A DNA stretch of 64,000 nt from Candidatus Methanoperedenaceae archaeon (lineage in GTDB: Archaea > Halobacteriota > Methanosarcinia > Methanosarcinales > Methanoperedenaceae): positions 16,280 through 80,279 of the forward strand of contig CAVWCX010000020.1 in assembly GCA_963753595.1 (NCBI GenBank), in the 5' to 3' direction. A program made the position numbers and the translations under genes. Under the pieces are notes generated by a model that made no database searches, was not told where the DNA came from, and saw only the letters and a program-made list of their open reading frames with translations. Shown here piece after piece: positions 48,580-58,574 of this stretch (the stretch's first letter is position 1; each line of letters begins with the position of its first letter).

Positions 48580-49428
48580 TCACATTGTCAATATAGTCTT
48601 TATTATGTTCTCCCCTGTCAATATTCCCTTGACCCCATTTCCCAATACTGAGAGCCCATTGATCCTTTCTTTGACCATCAAACCCGCTGCATAGGTCGCA
48701 AGGTCTTCATAATTCACATTGATTATCGGGCTTGACATTATATCTTCTGCCACCAGGGGTACTTCGCTTATATACCTGTTCTGTTTTCGTCCTGCTGCGC
48801 TCTCTTTTCGTGTCATTTTTATTTCTTTCTGCGGGAGGCCCCCGGTTTTGTCCCTCATTTCCGTGAAGGTCAGATTTGAATTGGTAATTATCCCCACAGG
48901 CATATCGTTATCTTCAAGGACAATTGCCCTGTCTGCTGAATTTGCCTGCAGCTCGTGTATTATATGGCTTATAGTATGATGCCTGTGAACAGTCAGGGCT
49001 GGTTCAATTTGCAGGTCCTTGACTTTCATATCAAGATCCAATTTAGAAAAATACCTGATCAAATCCCATTTTGTGGCTATTCCTATGACTTCATCTTTAT
49101 TGTTCACTACAGGTAATCCGCCGATATTGTTCTCGGTCATTAGCTCGGCCAGTTGCTTAACTGTTGCATCCGGAAATATCGTTATAAAGCTCTCGGTCAT
49201 TACCTTTCTTACGGGTATGTCATCGATCGGGCGCCTGCGCCACTGTGGTTCGGCCTGGCTAAGCCTCTTTACGATATCCTTCTTTGTCACCATTCCTATA
49301 GGCTTGTTATTTTCAACAATTACAAGTCTCCCTATCTTATGGCGAAGCATCAGGTTCCTTGCTCGTGCTACATTTTCATCAGGCGATACAACAAAAACAG
49401 GTGCGCTCATTATATCTTTTATTTTCAT
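48580..49428 (-). CDS. CBS-domain protein (four CBS repeats)
   Basis: DIMS, IGRLVIV, IGGLPVV. Confidence 0.88.
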   Translation of the reverse strand: MKIKDIMSAPVFVVSPDENVARARNLMLRHKIGRLVIVENNKPIGMVTKKDIVKRLSQAEPQWRRRPIDDIPVRKVMTESFITIFPDATVKQLAELMTENNIGGLPVVNNKDEVIGIATKWDLIRYFSKLDLDMKVKDLQIEPALTVHRHHTISHIIHELQANSADRAIVLEDNDMPVGIITNSNLTFTEMRDKTGGLPQKEIKMTRKESAAGRKQNRYISEVPLVAEDIMSSPIINVNYEDLATYAAGLMVKERINGLSVLGNGVKGILTGENIIKTILTM

Positions 49429-49437
49429 AATAACCTC

Positions 49438-50373
49438 TTAATCAGCCATTGCACGGACAAAATCACGTTCGGTGATAATTCCTTTCAATTCACCATCTTC
49501 AAGCACAGGAAGTGAGCCCACATCCTTATCCAGCATCACATTTGCGGCCTCCCCAAGGTCAACATCCGATTTCGTAAATATTATTTCCCTTGTTAAGAGT
49601 TTGCTGACCGGAACCTGGAAAACTTCCCTGCCGTTCCCTGTTACAAGCCGGTCAAACATATCACCATCTCCCAGGAAACGCATAATGTCTGAAGCCGTTA
49701 TGATGCCAATAAGTACATCATCCCGAAGAACAGGAAGTCTCCTGAAACCATTGTTGATCATGGACTTGGCGGCTGCCCCTACTGACATATCAGAAGGTGC
49801 TGTCACTATTTTCTTGCTCATGTATTCTTGCACGGTCTTACCCGTAACGATACCGGATAACAGGAAAACAAAATCCCTCTCGGAAACGATCGCTTTTACT
49901 GCGCCATCTTCATCCGTTATTGGGATGCCTCCGATCTTCTCTTTTATCATGGTGTTCATTGCATCTTTCAGTGAATCTTTTACATTCAGGGAAATTACTT
50001 CTGTTTCCATGATCTCACTGATACTGCCGTTAACAGCTGCAAGCATATTGCCTTTGAATTTGTTTTTAACCAGCAAATTCCTCTGGCCGCCTCCAAGGAA
50101 ATCCACAATGTCATTTGATGTAACAATTCCTTTCAGATGTTTGGTGCCGGCGTCTGCTATGGGAATTCTTCTAAAGCCATGATTCAGCATGGTCTTGACA
50201 GCACCTATTATGGGCATTGTAGGGGGAATGGTGATAACCTCGTTTGATGCTATGCTCATTATATCCCCGGGTTTTTCTGAAATCCTTGATTTGAAGTCGA
50301 TGGGTCCCATATTCCGCATATATCCCTTCCGACCCTGCTTTGCTATATTTACATTATTGCCAGATTTATTCAT
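49438..50373 (-). CDS. CBS-domain protein (four CBS repeats)
   Basis: FRRIPI, DFLGGG, FRRLPV, GIITERD. Confidence 0.88.
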   Translation of the reverse strand: MNKSGNNVNIAKQGRKGYMRNMGPIDFKSRISEKPGDIMSIASNEVITIPPTMPIIGAVKTMLNHGFRRIPIADAGTKHLKGIVTSNDIVDFLGGGQRNLLVKNKFKGNMLAAVNGSISEIMETEVISLNVKDSLKDAMNTMIKEKIGGIPITDEDGAVKAIVSERDFVFLLSGIVTGKTVQEYMSKKIVTAPSDMSVGAAAKSMINNGFRRLPVLRDDVLIGIITASDIMRFLGDGDMFDRLVTGNGREVFQVPVSKLLTREIIFTKSDVDLGEAANVMLDKDVGSLPVLEDGELKGIITERDFVRAMAD

Positions 50374-50382
50374 AAAACACCT

Positions 50383-51156
50383 TTAGATGAATGCTTTAAT
50401 TATATCGTTCCTGTCAACTATGCCGATGAGTTTTCCGTCGTTTGTTATTGAAATCCTTCCTACGTCAAGCTTCATGAATGCCTGTATCGCTTCAGCAAGC
50501 GAAGCTTCGGAGGATAACGTATATGCCGGAGTGCTCATTATCTTTTCAACAGGTGGCGACATCGTGGATTTTGTTCCCTGGTTATCTTCTCTTTCGATCC
50601 TGGCATAGCCGGCATTGATTATATTGCGCCGTGTTACCATTCCCACGAGTTCTCCGTTTTTCAACACCGGAAATCCCGATATGCCGGTTTGTTTCATGTT
50701 CAGCCATACTTTGGAAATATGGTCTTTGTTTGAACAAGTTTTTACATTTGTAGTCATTATTTCATGGATCTTTCTATCAGGTATTTTATCCGTTTTCAGG
50801 TTCCTGAAAATATCAACAACACTTAATAACCCTACAAGTGTCATATCCTGTCCCGATTTCAGGACTGGAACACGTCCCATGCCTGCATCCATCATTAATT
50901 TAGCAGCTTCCATCAAGCCCATTTCCGGATATATGTATGGGAACTCTGATGTGAACCCTTCAACAGTTACATTTGATTTAGTTGAATATATATTCAACAA
51001 TTCTTTTTCTGTCAGGATCCCTATAACCCTCTTTTTTGCATTGATCACTGGCAGGGTCCTGTAATGCCTGTCCCGCATCACCTGGCGCGCGTGCGTCATA
51101 AAATCCGTATCCTGAATAAAAACAGGATTTTTGGTCATTGCCTCTTCAACTTTCAT
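50383..51156 (-). CDS. CBS-domain protein (four CBS repeats)
   Basis: YRTLPVI, ISGFPV, GIVDRND. Confidence 0.88.
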   Translation of the reverse strand: MKVEEAMTKNPVFIQDTDFMTHARQVMRDRHYRTLPVINAKKRVIGILTEKELLNIYSTKSNVTVEGFTSEFPYIYPEMGLMEAAKLMMDAGMGRVPVLKSGQDMTLVGLLSVVDIFRNLKTDKIPDRKIHEIMTTNVKTCSNKDHISKVWLNMKQTGISGFPVLKNGELVGMVTRRNIINAGYARIEREDNQGTKSTMSPPVEKIMSTPAYTLSSEASLAEAIQAFMKLDVGRISITNDGKLIGIVDRNDIIKAFI

Positions 51157-51227
51157 AACATACTCCTTTTATCATGTATAATTATGTTATATGTTAATTT
51201 ATCTAAAATACTTTGCAAGCTGCTATT

Positions 51228-51776
51228 TCAGGTTTCCCTGCAGCTTTCACAGAGAAGTTTTCCTTCTAACTCTAACAAGTTATCTGAAATGTATCCGCAA
51301 TCCTCACAGATACCTTTAAAAACCCGTCCTTCTGTCTCCATGGAAAGTAATTTTTCCCTGTGCATCTTGATCAGGTCTGAGAATATGCTGCCCATTTCAG
51401 CCGAAACAGCAAGAAGATCGGTATCCGTAATAATACCAACCAGTTTTCCATTTTCCACTATCGGCAACCGCCGTATCTCCATTTTTACCATCTTATGCAT
51501 CGTTTCGGTGACGTCATCTGTTGAAGATATAGAGATAAGAGGCGTGGTCATTAATTCTTTAATGGAAATTTCCTCCGGTTTTAAATTCTTTGAGACGATC
51601 TTTTTGACAATATCCCGTTCTGTAACTATACCGACTGGCTGTTTCTTGTCGGTGACAATGACACTTCCAACCTTGAATGTAAGCATTTTCTTTGCTAATT
51701 GCTGGACATCACTTTTAATATCCACGGTTACAACATCCCTGGTCATTATTTCTTTCACCGGCATCTTAACTTCCAT
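51228..51776 (-). CDS. CBS-pair protein with a C-terminal Zn ribbon
   Basis: GIVTERD, IRRLPIV; GICEDCG...LLCESC. Confidence 0.88.
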   Translation of the reverse strand: MEVKMPVKEIMTRDVVTVDIKSDVQQLAKKMLTFKVGSVIVTDKKQPVGIVTERDIVKKIVSKNLKPEEISIKELMTTPLISISSTDDVTETMHKMVKMEIRRLPIVENGKLVGIITDTDLLAVSAEMGSIFSDLIKMHREKLLSMETEGRVFKGICEDCGYISDNLLELEGKLLCESCRET

Positions 51777-51851
51777 ATTTTCAGTCCTCCCTAAAGTATA
51801 ACTATGTATTTTGGAGCGTTTATATGTTATGCTGGGTAAATTTGAAATGTT

Positions 51852-52262
51852 TTACTGTTTTAGCATTTTTACCATTTTAATAGCAGCTTCGACCGCCCTT
51901 TTGCCATATTCCACTCGTTCATGGGCATCAAGCCTGCTCATGCCAGGACCGGATATCCCCAGGGTTATGGGTTTTGAAAATTCAAGAGCAAGATCGGCGA
52001 TCTTTCGTGAGGCATGCTGAATCACGAGCTCATCGTGTTTTGTTGCTCCCTGTATAACGCAGCCAATAGTTACTACTGCGTCTATTGTTTTATCCTGCGC
52101 CATTTTTTTTACAGCCAGGGGCATGTCAAAAACTCCAGGCACATAATAAATTTTTTCAACTGTGGCGCCAAGGAACGCTGCATGTTCTTTTCCGAGCGTT
52201 TCCATCTGGATGGTAAGATCACGGTTGAATTCTGAAACAACAAATCCTAATTTAATACTCAT
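51852..52262 (-). CDS. ribH: 6,7-dimethyl-8-ribityllumazine synthase
   Basis: VVSEFN, VPGVFDMP, GCVIQGATKHD, LGISGPG. Confidence 0.93.
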   Translation of the reverse strand: MSIKLGFVVSEFNRDLTIQMETLGKEHAAFLGATVEKIYYVPGVFDMPLAVKKMAQDKTIDAVVTIGCVIQGATKHDELVIQHASRKIADLALEFSKPITLGISGPGMSRLDAHERVEYGKRAVEAAIKMVKMLKQ

Positions 52263-52435
52263 TTTGGCACCTGATAAGTTATATTATTTGGAACATCTAT
52301 ATATTTTTCGATACAGTTTTGAAAAGTTCATGATTTTTGTATTTCGAAAAAATAATCGTACTAAACAAAAAAAAAGTGATTATGAAACATTTATATCCCT
52401 TATTAATGTAATGAAAGCCAAAGAAGGTACCTATT

Positions 52436-53431
52436 ATGGTTAAAATATACTATGACAAGGATGCAGATCTGAAAATACTGAAAAAGAAGACAATTGCCGT
52501 TATTGGTTATGGCAGTCAGGGAGCAGGACAGGCGCAGAACCTGCATGATTCAGGACTGAATGTAATTGTGGGTGTCAGGAAAGACGGGGAGTCATGGGCC
52601 CAGGCAAAAGCTGATGGCTTGAAAGTCATGACAATGTCTGATGCAGCAAAGAAAGCTGATGTCATCCAGATGCTCGTACCCGATGAAATACAGGGTGCAA
52701 TTTATGCGTCTGAGATCGCCCCGAATATGACCAAGGGCAAGACATTATGTTTCTCACACGGATTTAATATCCATTATAACCAGATCGTTCCGCCAAAGGA
52801 CGTTGATGTAATAATGGTTGCGCCAAAAGGTCCGGGTTTCCTTGTACGCAGGACATATACCGAAGGAAACGGTGTTCCTGCACTCATTGCGATATACCAG
52901 GATGCAACGGGAAAAGCAAGGGAAACGGGCATGGCTTATGCAAAAGGGATTGGGGCAACAAGAGCAGGCGTGCTTGAAACAACATTCAAGGAAGAGACAG
53001 AGACTGACTTATTTGGTGAGCAGGTTGATCTTTGCGGTGGAGTCACATGTCTTATGAAAGCCGCATTCGAGACACTTGTTGCTGCAGGATACCAGCCAGA
53101 GATCGCTTATTTTGAGACTTTCCATGAAATGAAACTCATAATTGATCTCATTCATGAAGGTGGATTAAGCAAGATGTGGTACTATGTGTCAAACACTGCC
53201 GAGTACGGCGGTCTTACAGTCGGGCCTAAGGTCATAAATGAACAGTCAAAACTGGCAATGAAAGAGGCGCTTCGCAGGATCCAGAATGGGGAATTTGCAA
53301 AAGAATTCGTCCTTGAAAGCAAAGCCAACAGGCCGGTCCTTAATGCTATGGAGAGACAGGAGAACGAGCATCAGGTTGAGAAGGTCGGAAAAGAGCTTCG
53401 CGCCATGATGCCTTGGTTGAGAAAGGATTAA
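52436..53431 (+). CDS. ilvC: Ketol-acid reductoisomerase
   Basis: [36 protein letters not shown]. Confidence 0.96.
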   Translation: MVKIYYDKDADLKILKKKTIAVIGYGSQGAGQAQNLHDSGLNVIVGVRKDGESWAQAKADGLKVMTMSDAAKKADVIQMLVPDEIQGAIYASEIAPNMTKGKTLCFSHGFNIHYNQIVPPKDVDVIMVAPKGPGFLVRRTYTEGNGVPALIAIYQDATGKARETGMAYAKGIGATRAGVLETTFKEETETDLFGEQVDLCGGVTCLMKAAFETLVAAGYQPEIAYFETFHEMKLIIDLIHEGGLSKMWYYVSNTAEYGGLTVGPKVINEQSKLAMKEALRRIQNGEFAKEFVLESKANRPVLNAMERQENEHQVEKVGKELRAMMPWLRKD

Positions 53432-53444
53432 AGGAATCATTTTT

Positions 53445-53485
53445 CAGGGTCGCGGTAAATCCCGATCCTGCACATATTTTTTTTC
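53445..53485 (+). terminator. Hairpin plus T-tract after ilvC
   Basis: CAGGGTCG...CGATCCTG followed by a T-run. Confidence 0.45.
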
Positions 53486-53567
53486 AAATAAACTCCGAAA
53501 TATTCCCTGGCTTTATAGCAAAGAGGGTAAGGGCTAGTTTTAATAACTACAAATCCAATTATCGAAC

Positions 53568-53774
53568 ATGCAATTCACGGTAAAACTCGAAGAAGCTGAT
53601 GAGGGAGGGTATACCGTCCAATGTCTTGAACTTCCTGCTGCAATAAGTGAAGGAGATACAAAAGAAGAAGCTCTCGAAAATATTAAAGAAGCAATTCAAC
53701 TGGTTCTTGAAGTCTCACAGGAGCAAGCATGGTCGTACACTGAAGTCTTTAAAGTGGAAGTTGCAAGTGCCTAA
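53568..53774 (+). CDS. HicB-family antitoxin (orphan)
   Basis: EGGYTVQCLELPAAISEGDTKEEALENIKEAI. Confidence 0.87.
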   Translation: MQFTVKLEEADEGGYTVQCLELPAAISEGDTKEEALENIKEAIQLVLEVSQEQAWSYTEVFKVEVASA

Positions 53775-53787
53775 ACTTCCTTCTTGA
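53767..53787 (+). pseudogene. Truncated HicA start (MPKLPS*)
   Basis: GTGCCTAAACTTCCTTCTTGA overlaps the hicB stop; parallels the MKLP start of the intact HicA. Confidence 0.5.
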
Positions 53788-53842
53788 TGAGCTTGATGAA
53801 GTCTGGTATGAAATTGCATTTATCGATGAGCTTATAAATGAT

Positions 53843-54067
53843 TTAAAGAAGATTGTATAAATCATCAATTGATATTTCCGCATCTCTCAACAATTTTCTG
53901 AGTAAACCTTTTCCGATTACTTTATGGTTTGGTATGGAAAGCGGTTTTTTTGACCTATCTGATTGATGCTTCATTCGAATATGGCTGCCGGTTTGCCTGG
54001 CCGTAACATAACCCAATTTTCCAAATGCCTTTACTGCATCTTTACCAGATATGACCGGCAATTTCAT
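53843..54067 (-). CDS. HicA-family toxin
   Basis: MKLPVISG, RQTGSH, IPNHK.IGKGLL. Confidence 0.9.
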   Translation of the reverse strand: MKLPVISGKDAVKAFGKLGYVTARQTGSHIRMKHQSDRSKKPLSIPNHKVIGKGLLRKLLRDAEISIDDLYNLL

Positions 54068-54312
54068 GCTTCTACTGCTACCGTATGGAAACTGAATTCC
54101 TGGATTTTTGCAATATCAGAAATTTCATCATCACTCTCTTCTTCAAGACACATTTCAATTACTTCGCGTATATTTATGAGAGCTTCATCAAGAGTCTTTC
54201 CCTGGGTATAACAACCTTTTAATAGTGGGCATTCTACCACATAAAAACCATCTTCATCTTTTTCAACAATTACGGGTAAAGTGATTTTTGTGGATTTTAG
54301 TTTCCTTGCCAT
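54064..54312 (-). CDS. HicB-family antitoxin
   Basis: DEDGFYVVECPLLKGCYTQGKTLDEAL; ATGA overlap with hicA. Confidence 0.9.
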   Translation of the reverse strand: MARKLKSTKITLPVIVEKDEDGFYVVECPLLKGCYTQGKTLDEALINIREVIEMCLEEESDDEISDIAKIQEFSFHTVAVEA

Positions 54313-54371
54313 AGTTGATTTGAAATGCTATTCCAAGATTTAAGGATGTCGCAATCTTGTGTCTCATGTTG

Positions 54372-54409
54372 AATCTGTGACAATCCCTCAAGTCCCGGTC
54401 ATCCGTGTG
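54372..54409. repeat. Solo arm of an ACGGAT-flavour periodic element
   Basis: AATCTGTGAC AATCCCTCA AGTCCCGGT CATCCGTGT; GTCATCCGTGT is shared with copies 1 and 2. Confidence 0.5.
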
Positions 54410-54829
54410 CCCTTTGCGTGAAAACAGAGCTTCCATCCCGCACAATAACACTTTCACACCGCTCCAAAAAACTTTATAAGGAGATGGGTTGTTTGTATGG
54501 TATCAGGCTGCCAAAGGGCGCGAGACGTTTGTGTAATGGCGGTCGGAACAGGGAAGGGTGAAAATGGAAAGGGATTATGGAAATAAGGGTGCGGAAGAGG
54601 GCGAGAGCATGTGGGTGATGATGAATGATTGAGGCGATAAGAACACTTGGAATTTTGAAAATGATTGACGAGTTTGAAGAAGAATTCAATTCCAATGCTT
54701 TAATGCCTGTTGATTCAAGATTCGAGAGGTACATCCATTAAAACAAGGATTGAAATCCATTACCAAAAGAATGTAAACCCTGCAGTCTGTGACTCATATT
54801 AGCTTATTATCTCCAGAATTACAATATCT

Positions 54830-55159
54830 TCAAGTCACGATCACTTTTCCCTTCATGCTTGCATGAATGCCGCACACGTACTCGAATGTTCCTGCTTCAT
54901 TGAACGTCTGGCTGTAGGTCTGCCCCTGGTTCAATGTCCCTGAAGTGAAAGCTGTTCCTTTTACTGTATGAGCAGCGCTGTCTTTGTTCGTCCATGTAAC
55001 AGTCGTTCCTTTTGTTATTGTTATAGCATCAGGATTGAATGCAAAATCCTGGATATCAACTGCGTTAGTTGACACAGGCTGGGTTTCTGGTTTTTGTGCA
55101 CCACATCCGCTTAATAAAACCGCTAATGTCAAAATGGCAAATATCAATGTCTTATTCAT
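54830..55159 (-). CDS. Cupredoxin (plastocyanin/halocyanin-like) lipoprotein
   Basis: LLSGC lipobox; AAHTV and YVCGIHASM type-1 Cu ligands; GGAGG RBS. Confidence 0.9.
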   Translation of the reverse strand: MNKTLIFAILTLAVLLSGCGAQKPETQPVSTNAVDIQDFAFNPDAITITKGTTVTWTNKDSAAHTVKGTAFTSGTLNQGQTYSQTFNEAGTFEYVCGIHASMKGKVIVT

Positions 55160-55209
55160 TTTAACCTCCTTACTGAAATCTGTTTGTCCACTATTTATTA
55201 TTATTGGCC

Positions 55210-56355
55210 TCAAAAAATTGATGCAACAAGAATTACCATTGTGGACAACAACCCCACAGTTGAAACTATCCTGACTTTAAGACTATCAAACATCTTTAAA
55301 GCAGAGGCACAGATGAATAAATAAGGTAAAAGAGTGGTGATAACAGAAATGGTAGCCAGCTCCTCAAAATGGTTGCTAAACAAAAGAAGTGATGCTCCTG
55401 CAATGGTGCTAATTATTATCGCAACAAAAGGTGTGCCGTTTTTCCCGATATCAGCAACAAGAGGAATATGATGCTCAAATGATATATTTTGCAGCACTCT
55501 TGATGCAGCCAGAAGATATGCGTTAAGTGCTGACATCATGGCAATTATCCCGATAAAAGCCATTATGTCGCCTGAAGCCTGGAATACAAAAGAAGCAGCT
55601 TTTGCCAGCGGAGCAGGAGATGACGCAATTACAGGGCTTCCCAGGCTGCCCATAAGGGAAATATTGAGGAATAAATATACAAATGTGACAATCACCATTA
55701 CTAATATCAGTGATCTGTGTATATCATTTTTATTTTTTATCTCATCTGCCGGGATTGCACTTATCTCAAAACCTGTAAAACACCAGTAAACAATGATCAC
55801 AGAACGAAGGAAATCATTCATATTTCCTGTAAAAAATGGAGTAAAGTTCTCAGGCCTTATATGCGGCACTAATAAAAAAGCAAGGACAACAAGCGGAATG
55901 GTTTTCAGAAGCGTGAGGATGATCTCTATATTACTTGATGGTCTAGAGCCAATGATATTCACGGTTCCGAAAAAAATGAGCACTCCTATCTCCACCCGGA
56001 GGATATCGGAATAACCCAGATAAGAAACATATTGCCCGATACCTGCTGCTATGGTTGCAATTCCAAATACGGCAGAGATCATATATAAAATAACTATTGT
56101 TGTTGAAAGACGTTTTCCGAACACGCTTGAATATATTGAATAGAAAGCGCCGGTTGAGGGATATTTTGAGGATGCCCATGCAAGCGAGAACATGACACAT
56201 GTCGCCGAAATTGCCACCAGCAGCCATGCAAGGAGGGAACCTGGGCCTGCTATTCCTGCAGCTATTCCCGGAACAACAAAAATACCTGAACCAATGGTTC
56301 CGCCAACCCCGAAACTGATTAGCTCCCAGAGCCCCAGGCTTTTTCTATATTTCAC
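55210..56355 (-). CDS. APC family amino acid permease
   Basis: GGTIGSGIF, AGPGS, FTGFE; multiple TMs. Confidence 0.87.
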   Translation of the reverse strand: MKYRKSLGLWELISFGVGGTIGSGIFVVPGIAAGIAGPGSLLAWLLVAISATCVMFSLAWASSKYPSTGAFYSIYSSVFGKRLSTTIVILYMISAVFGIATIAAGIGQYVSYLGYSDILRVEIGVLIFFGTVNIIGSRPSSNIEIILTLLKTIPLVVLAFLLVPHIRPENFTPFFTGNMNDFLRSVIIVYWCFTGFEISAIPADEIKNKNDIHRSLILVMVIVTFVYLFLNISLMGSLGSPVIASSPAPLAKAASFVFQASGDIMAFIGIIAMMSALNAYLLAASRVLQNISFEHHIPLVADIGKNGTPFVAIIISTIAGASLLLFSNHFEELATISVITTLLPYLFICASALKMFDSLKVRIVSTVGLLSTMVILVASIF

Positions 56356-56425
56356 GAGAAGCAGTCAGGATAATAAAGTATAAGAAGGTTCGGGTATATG
56401 GTAAAATTGCAGGAGTGATTAAATT

Positions 56426-57016
56426 ATGGCATACGAAGCAAAGAATTTTGAAAGCCTTTCAGGTACGAAAGGTTTCAGTGACCAGTTATTGAAAAACCAT
56501 TTTACATTGTATCAGGGTTATGTGACAAATACAAACAAAGTTGCTGAAGCGTTAAGTGGAATGGCCAGGGAAGGAAAGACAACAACTCCGGAATATGCTG
56601 AGTTAAAGCGCAGGTTCGGCTGGGAATTTAATGGAATGAGGCTGCATGAATATTATTTCGGGAACATGATCAAAGACGGGAAAGCACTCGATAAAAATTC
56701 AAACCTGTACAAGAAAATTGTAACGGATTTCGGTTCTTATGAGAATTGGGAGAAGGATTTCAAGGCAACAGGCGCCATGCGGGGAATAGGATGGGTTATC
56801 TTGTATTATGATGGAACCGAAGGGCGTCTATTCAATACATGGATCAATGAACATGATGTGGGGCACCTTTGCGGGGCATCGCCTCTTATAGTCATGGATG
56901 TCTTTGAACATGCCTATATGGTTGACTACGGATTGAAGAAAGCAGATTATATCGAGGCATTTTTCAAAGCGATTGACTGGACGATCGATCCAAAAACAGA
57001 TTCATGGATCGAATAG
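56426..57016 (+). CDS. sod: Fe/Mn superoxide dismutase family protein
   Basis: HFTLYQGYV, LHEYYF, DVFEHAY. Confidence 0.87.
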   Translation: MAYEAKNFESLSGTKGFSDQLLKNHFTLYQGYVTNTNKVAEALSGMAREGKTTTPEYAELKRRFGWEFNGMRLHEYYFGNMIKDGKALDKNSNLYKKIVTDFGSYENWEKDFKATGAMRGIGWVILYYDGTEGRLFNTWINEHDVGHLCGASPLIVMDVFEHAYMVDYGLKKADYIEAFFKAIDWTIDPKTDSWIE

Positions 57017-57153
57017 GATCAGTACTTCCGATGCAGTTCGAATAATAACTAACAAAAACAAATATATACCTTGCTTTACAACATGTGTAAAGTATAGCAT
57101 ATTTTTATATATGTAACATTACTGGTCAATAAAAAAGCAGGTTAAAAAAAGAA

Positions 57154-57882
57154 ATGCAACCATCAGAACTCTCTATATTTATCGTTTTTTTAGCAGGAGT
57201 GGTTACGATCATGAAACCATGCTGCCTCCCGCTTGTTCCTGTGATATTTTCAGGTTCAGGAGGACACAGGCTAAGACCTCTTGCTATCGTATCGGGCCTG
57301 ACCGTAAGCTTTACGACGATGGGAGTGCTGGTATCTGCTTTTGGCGCCACGTTCGGAGCATATACTGATTATTTACGTAACATTGCGATCCTTTTCATAA
57401 TAAGCATGGGTCTTGTGCTTTTTGATGAAGATGTAAATATGGAGTTCATGAAGATATCAGGCTCAATAACACAGGGTTTGAGAGGGATAGGTTTCTTCAA
57501 CAAGTTCTCTTCCAAAATGCCAGAAGGAAGCCTCATGGGGGGATTTTTCCTTGGCATGTCACTTGGTGTTCTCTGGATCCCGTGCGTTGGTCCTATCCTC
57601 GGGGCTGTGCTTGCCCTTGTCGCATCAGTAGGAAATACGACTTACGGTGCATGGATGCTCTTCGTTTATTCCATAGGCATGAGCCTTCCTATGCTTACTA
57701 TTGCCTATTATGGAAAAAAGGTCACGAACAGGTATAAATGGTTTTCAAGGAATGGAGAGCTTCTTAAAAAATTATCCGGTCTTGTGCTGATAGTTATTGG
57801 AATAATGCTGCTATTTGGCGTTGATAAACTAATGATCAAGTGGCTATCCCCTTATTTCCCGACGACTTTTTATGGGATATAG
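57154..57882 (+). CDS. ccdA: Cytochrome c biogenesis CcdA / DsbD TM-domain protein
   Basis: PCCLPLVP and WIPCVGPILG. Confidence 0.87.
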   Translation: MQPSELSIFIVFLAGVVTIMKPCCLPLVPVIFSGSGGHRLRPLAIVSGLTVSFTTMGVLVSAFGATFGAYTDYLRNIAILFIISMGLVLFDEDVNMEFMKISGSITQGLRGIGFFNKFSSKMPEGSLMGGFFLGMSLGVLWIPCVGPILGAVLALVASVGNTTYGAWMLFVYSIGMSLPMLTIAYYGKKVTNRYKWFSRNGELLKKLSGLVLIVIGIMLLFGVDKLMIKWLSPYFPTTFYGI

Positions 57883-57887
57883 GATTT

Positions 57888-58574
57888 TTATTTACTGAGA
57901 AAACCAGGGAATCCGTCTATTTTCCATAGGCTTATCTCGACGATCCTGCGTCCACAGTGATTTGTTTCCTGCCCATAGCTATGTGAGTAACAAGGATGAA
58001 TGTTGGTTATGCTTGTTAGCTTTGAGTAGTTCATAGATAGTCTCTGCACTGGAGTGAAGATTTCCTGTGGGTTCATCACCGATCACTATGCTGGGGCGTT
58101 AAAGGGCACGGGTAATGGCCATCTGGTTCTGGCCTCATGAGAGCTGGTTTGCTGTGTTTCATTCTATCCTTAAGCCCCACCTCTTCTAGCATTGCAGAAG
58201 CTCTTTCTTTAGCTTTTGAAGATCCGATACCGTTTATCAATAGCGGTATCATCACGTTTTAGAGAGCATTGAAATCAGGCAGGAGATGATGGTATTGAAA
58301 AATGAAACCCAATTCCTGGTTCCTCAATCTTGAAAGCTCCTTATCGGACATTTTTGTTATATCAGCACCTTTTAAAAGAATAGTTCCGCTGTAGGAGTAT
58401 CAAGGATACCTATCTGGTTCAGCAGAGTGCTTTTACCAGAACCTGAAGGACCCACTATGGCAATGAACTCTCCTTTTGAGATATACAGGTCCACTCCATC
58501 AAGCGCCCTTATCTCAACACCATCTTGAAAGATCCTGGTAAGGCCCTGATCTCTATAATTATTTCATCAGACAC
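57888..58574 (-). pseudogene. LolD/MacB-type ABC ATPase pseudogene
   Basis: [23 protein letters not shown] and GDEPTGNL lie in shifting frames; in-frame TAA (58259-58261) and TGA (58135-58137, in the LSGG signature). Confidence 0.85.

Noticed and set aside
54474-54740. ORF 54474-54734 and the purine-rich stretch around it
   Set aside because: No motif or convincing start; probably debris and not interpretable from sequence alone.
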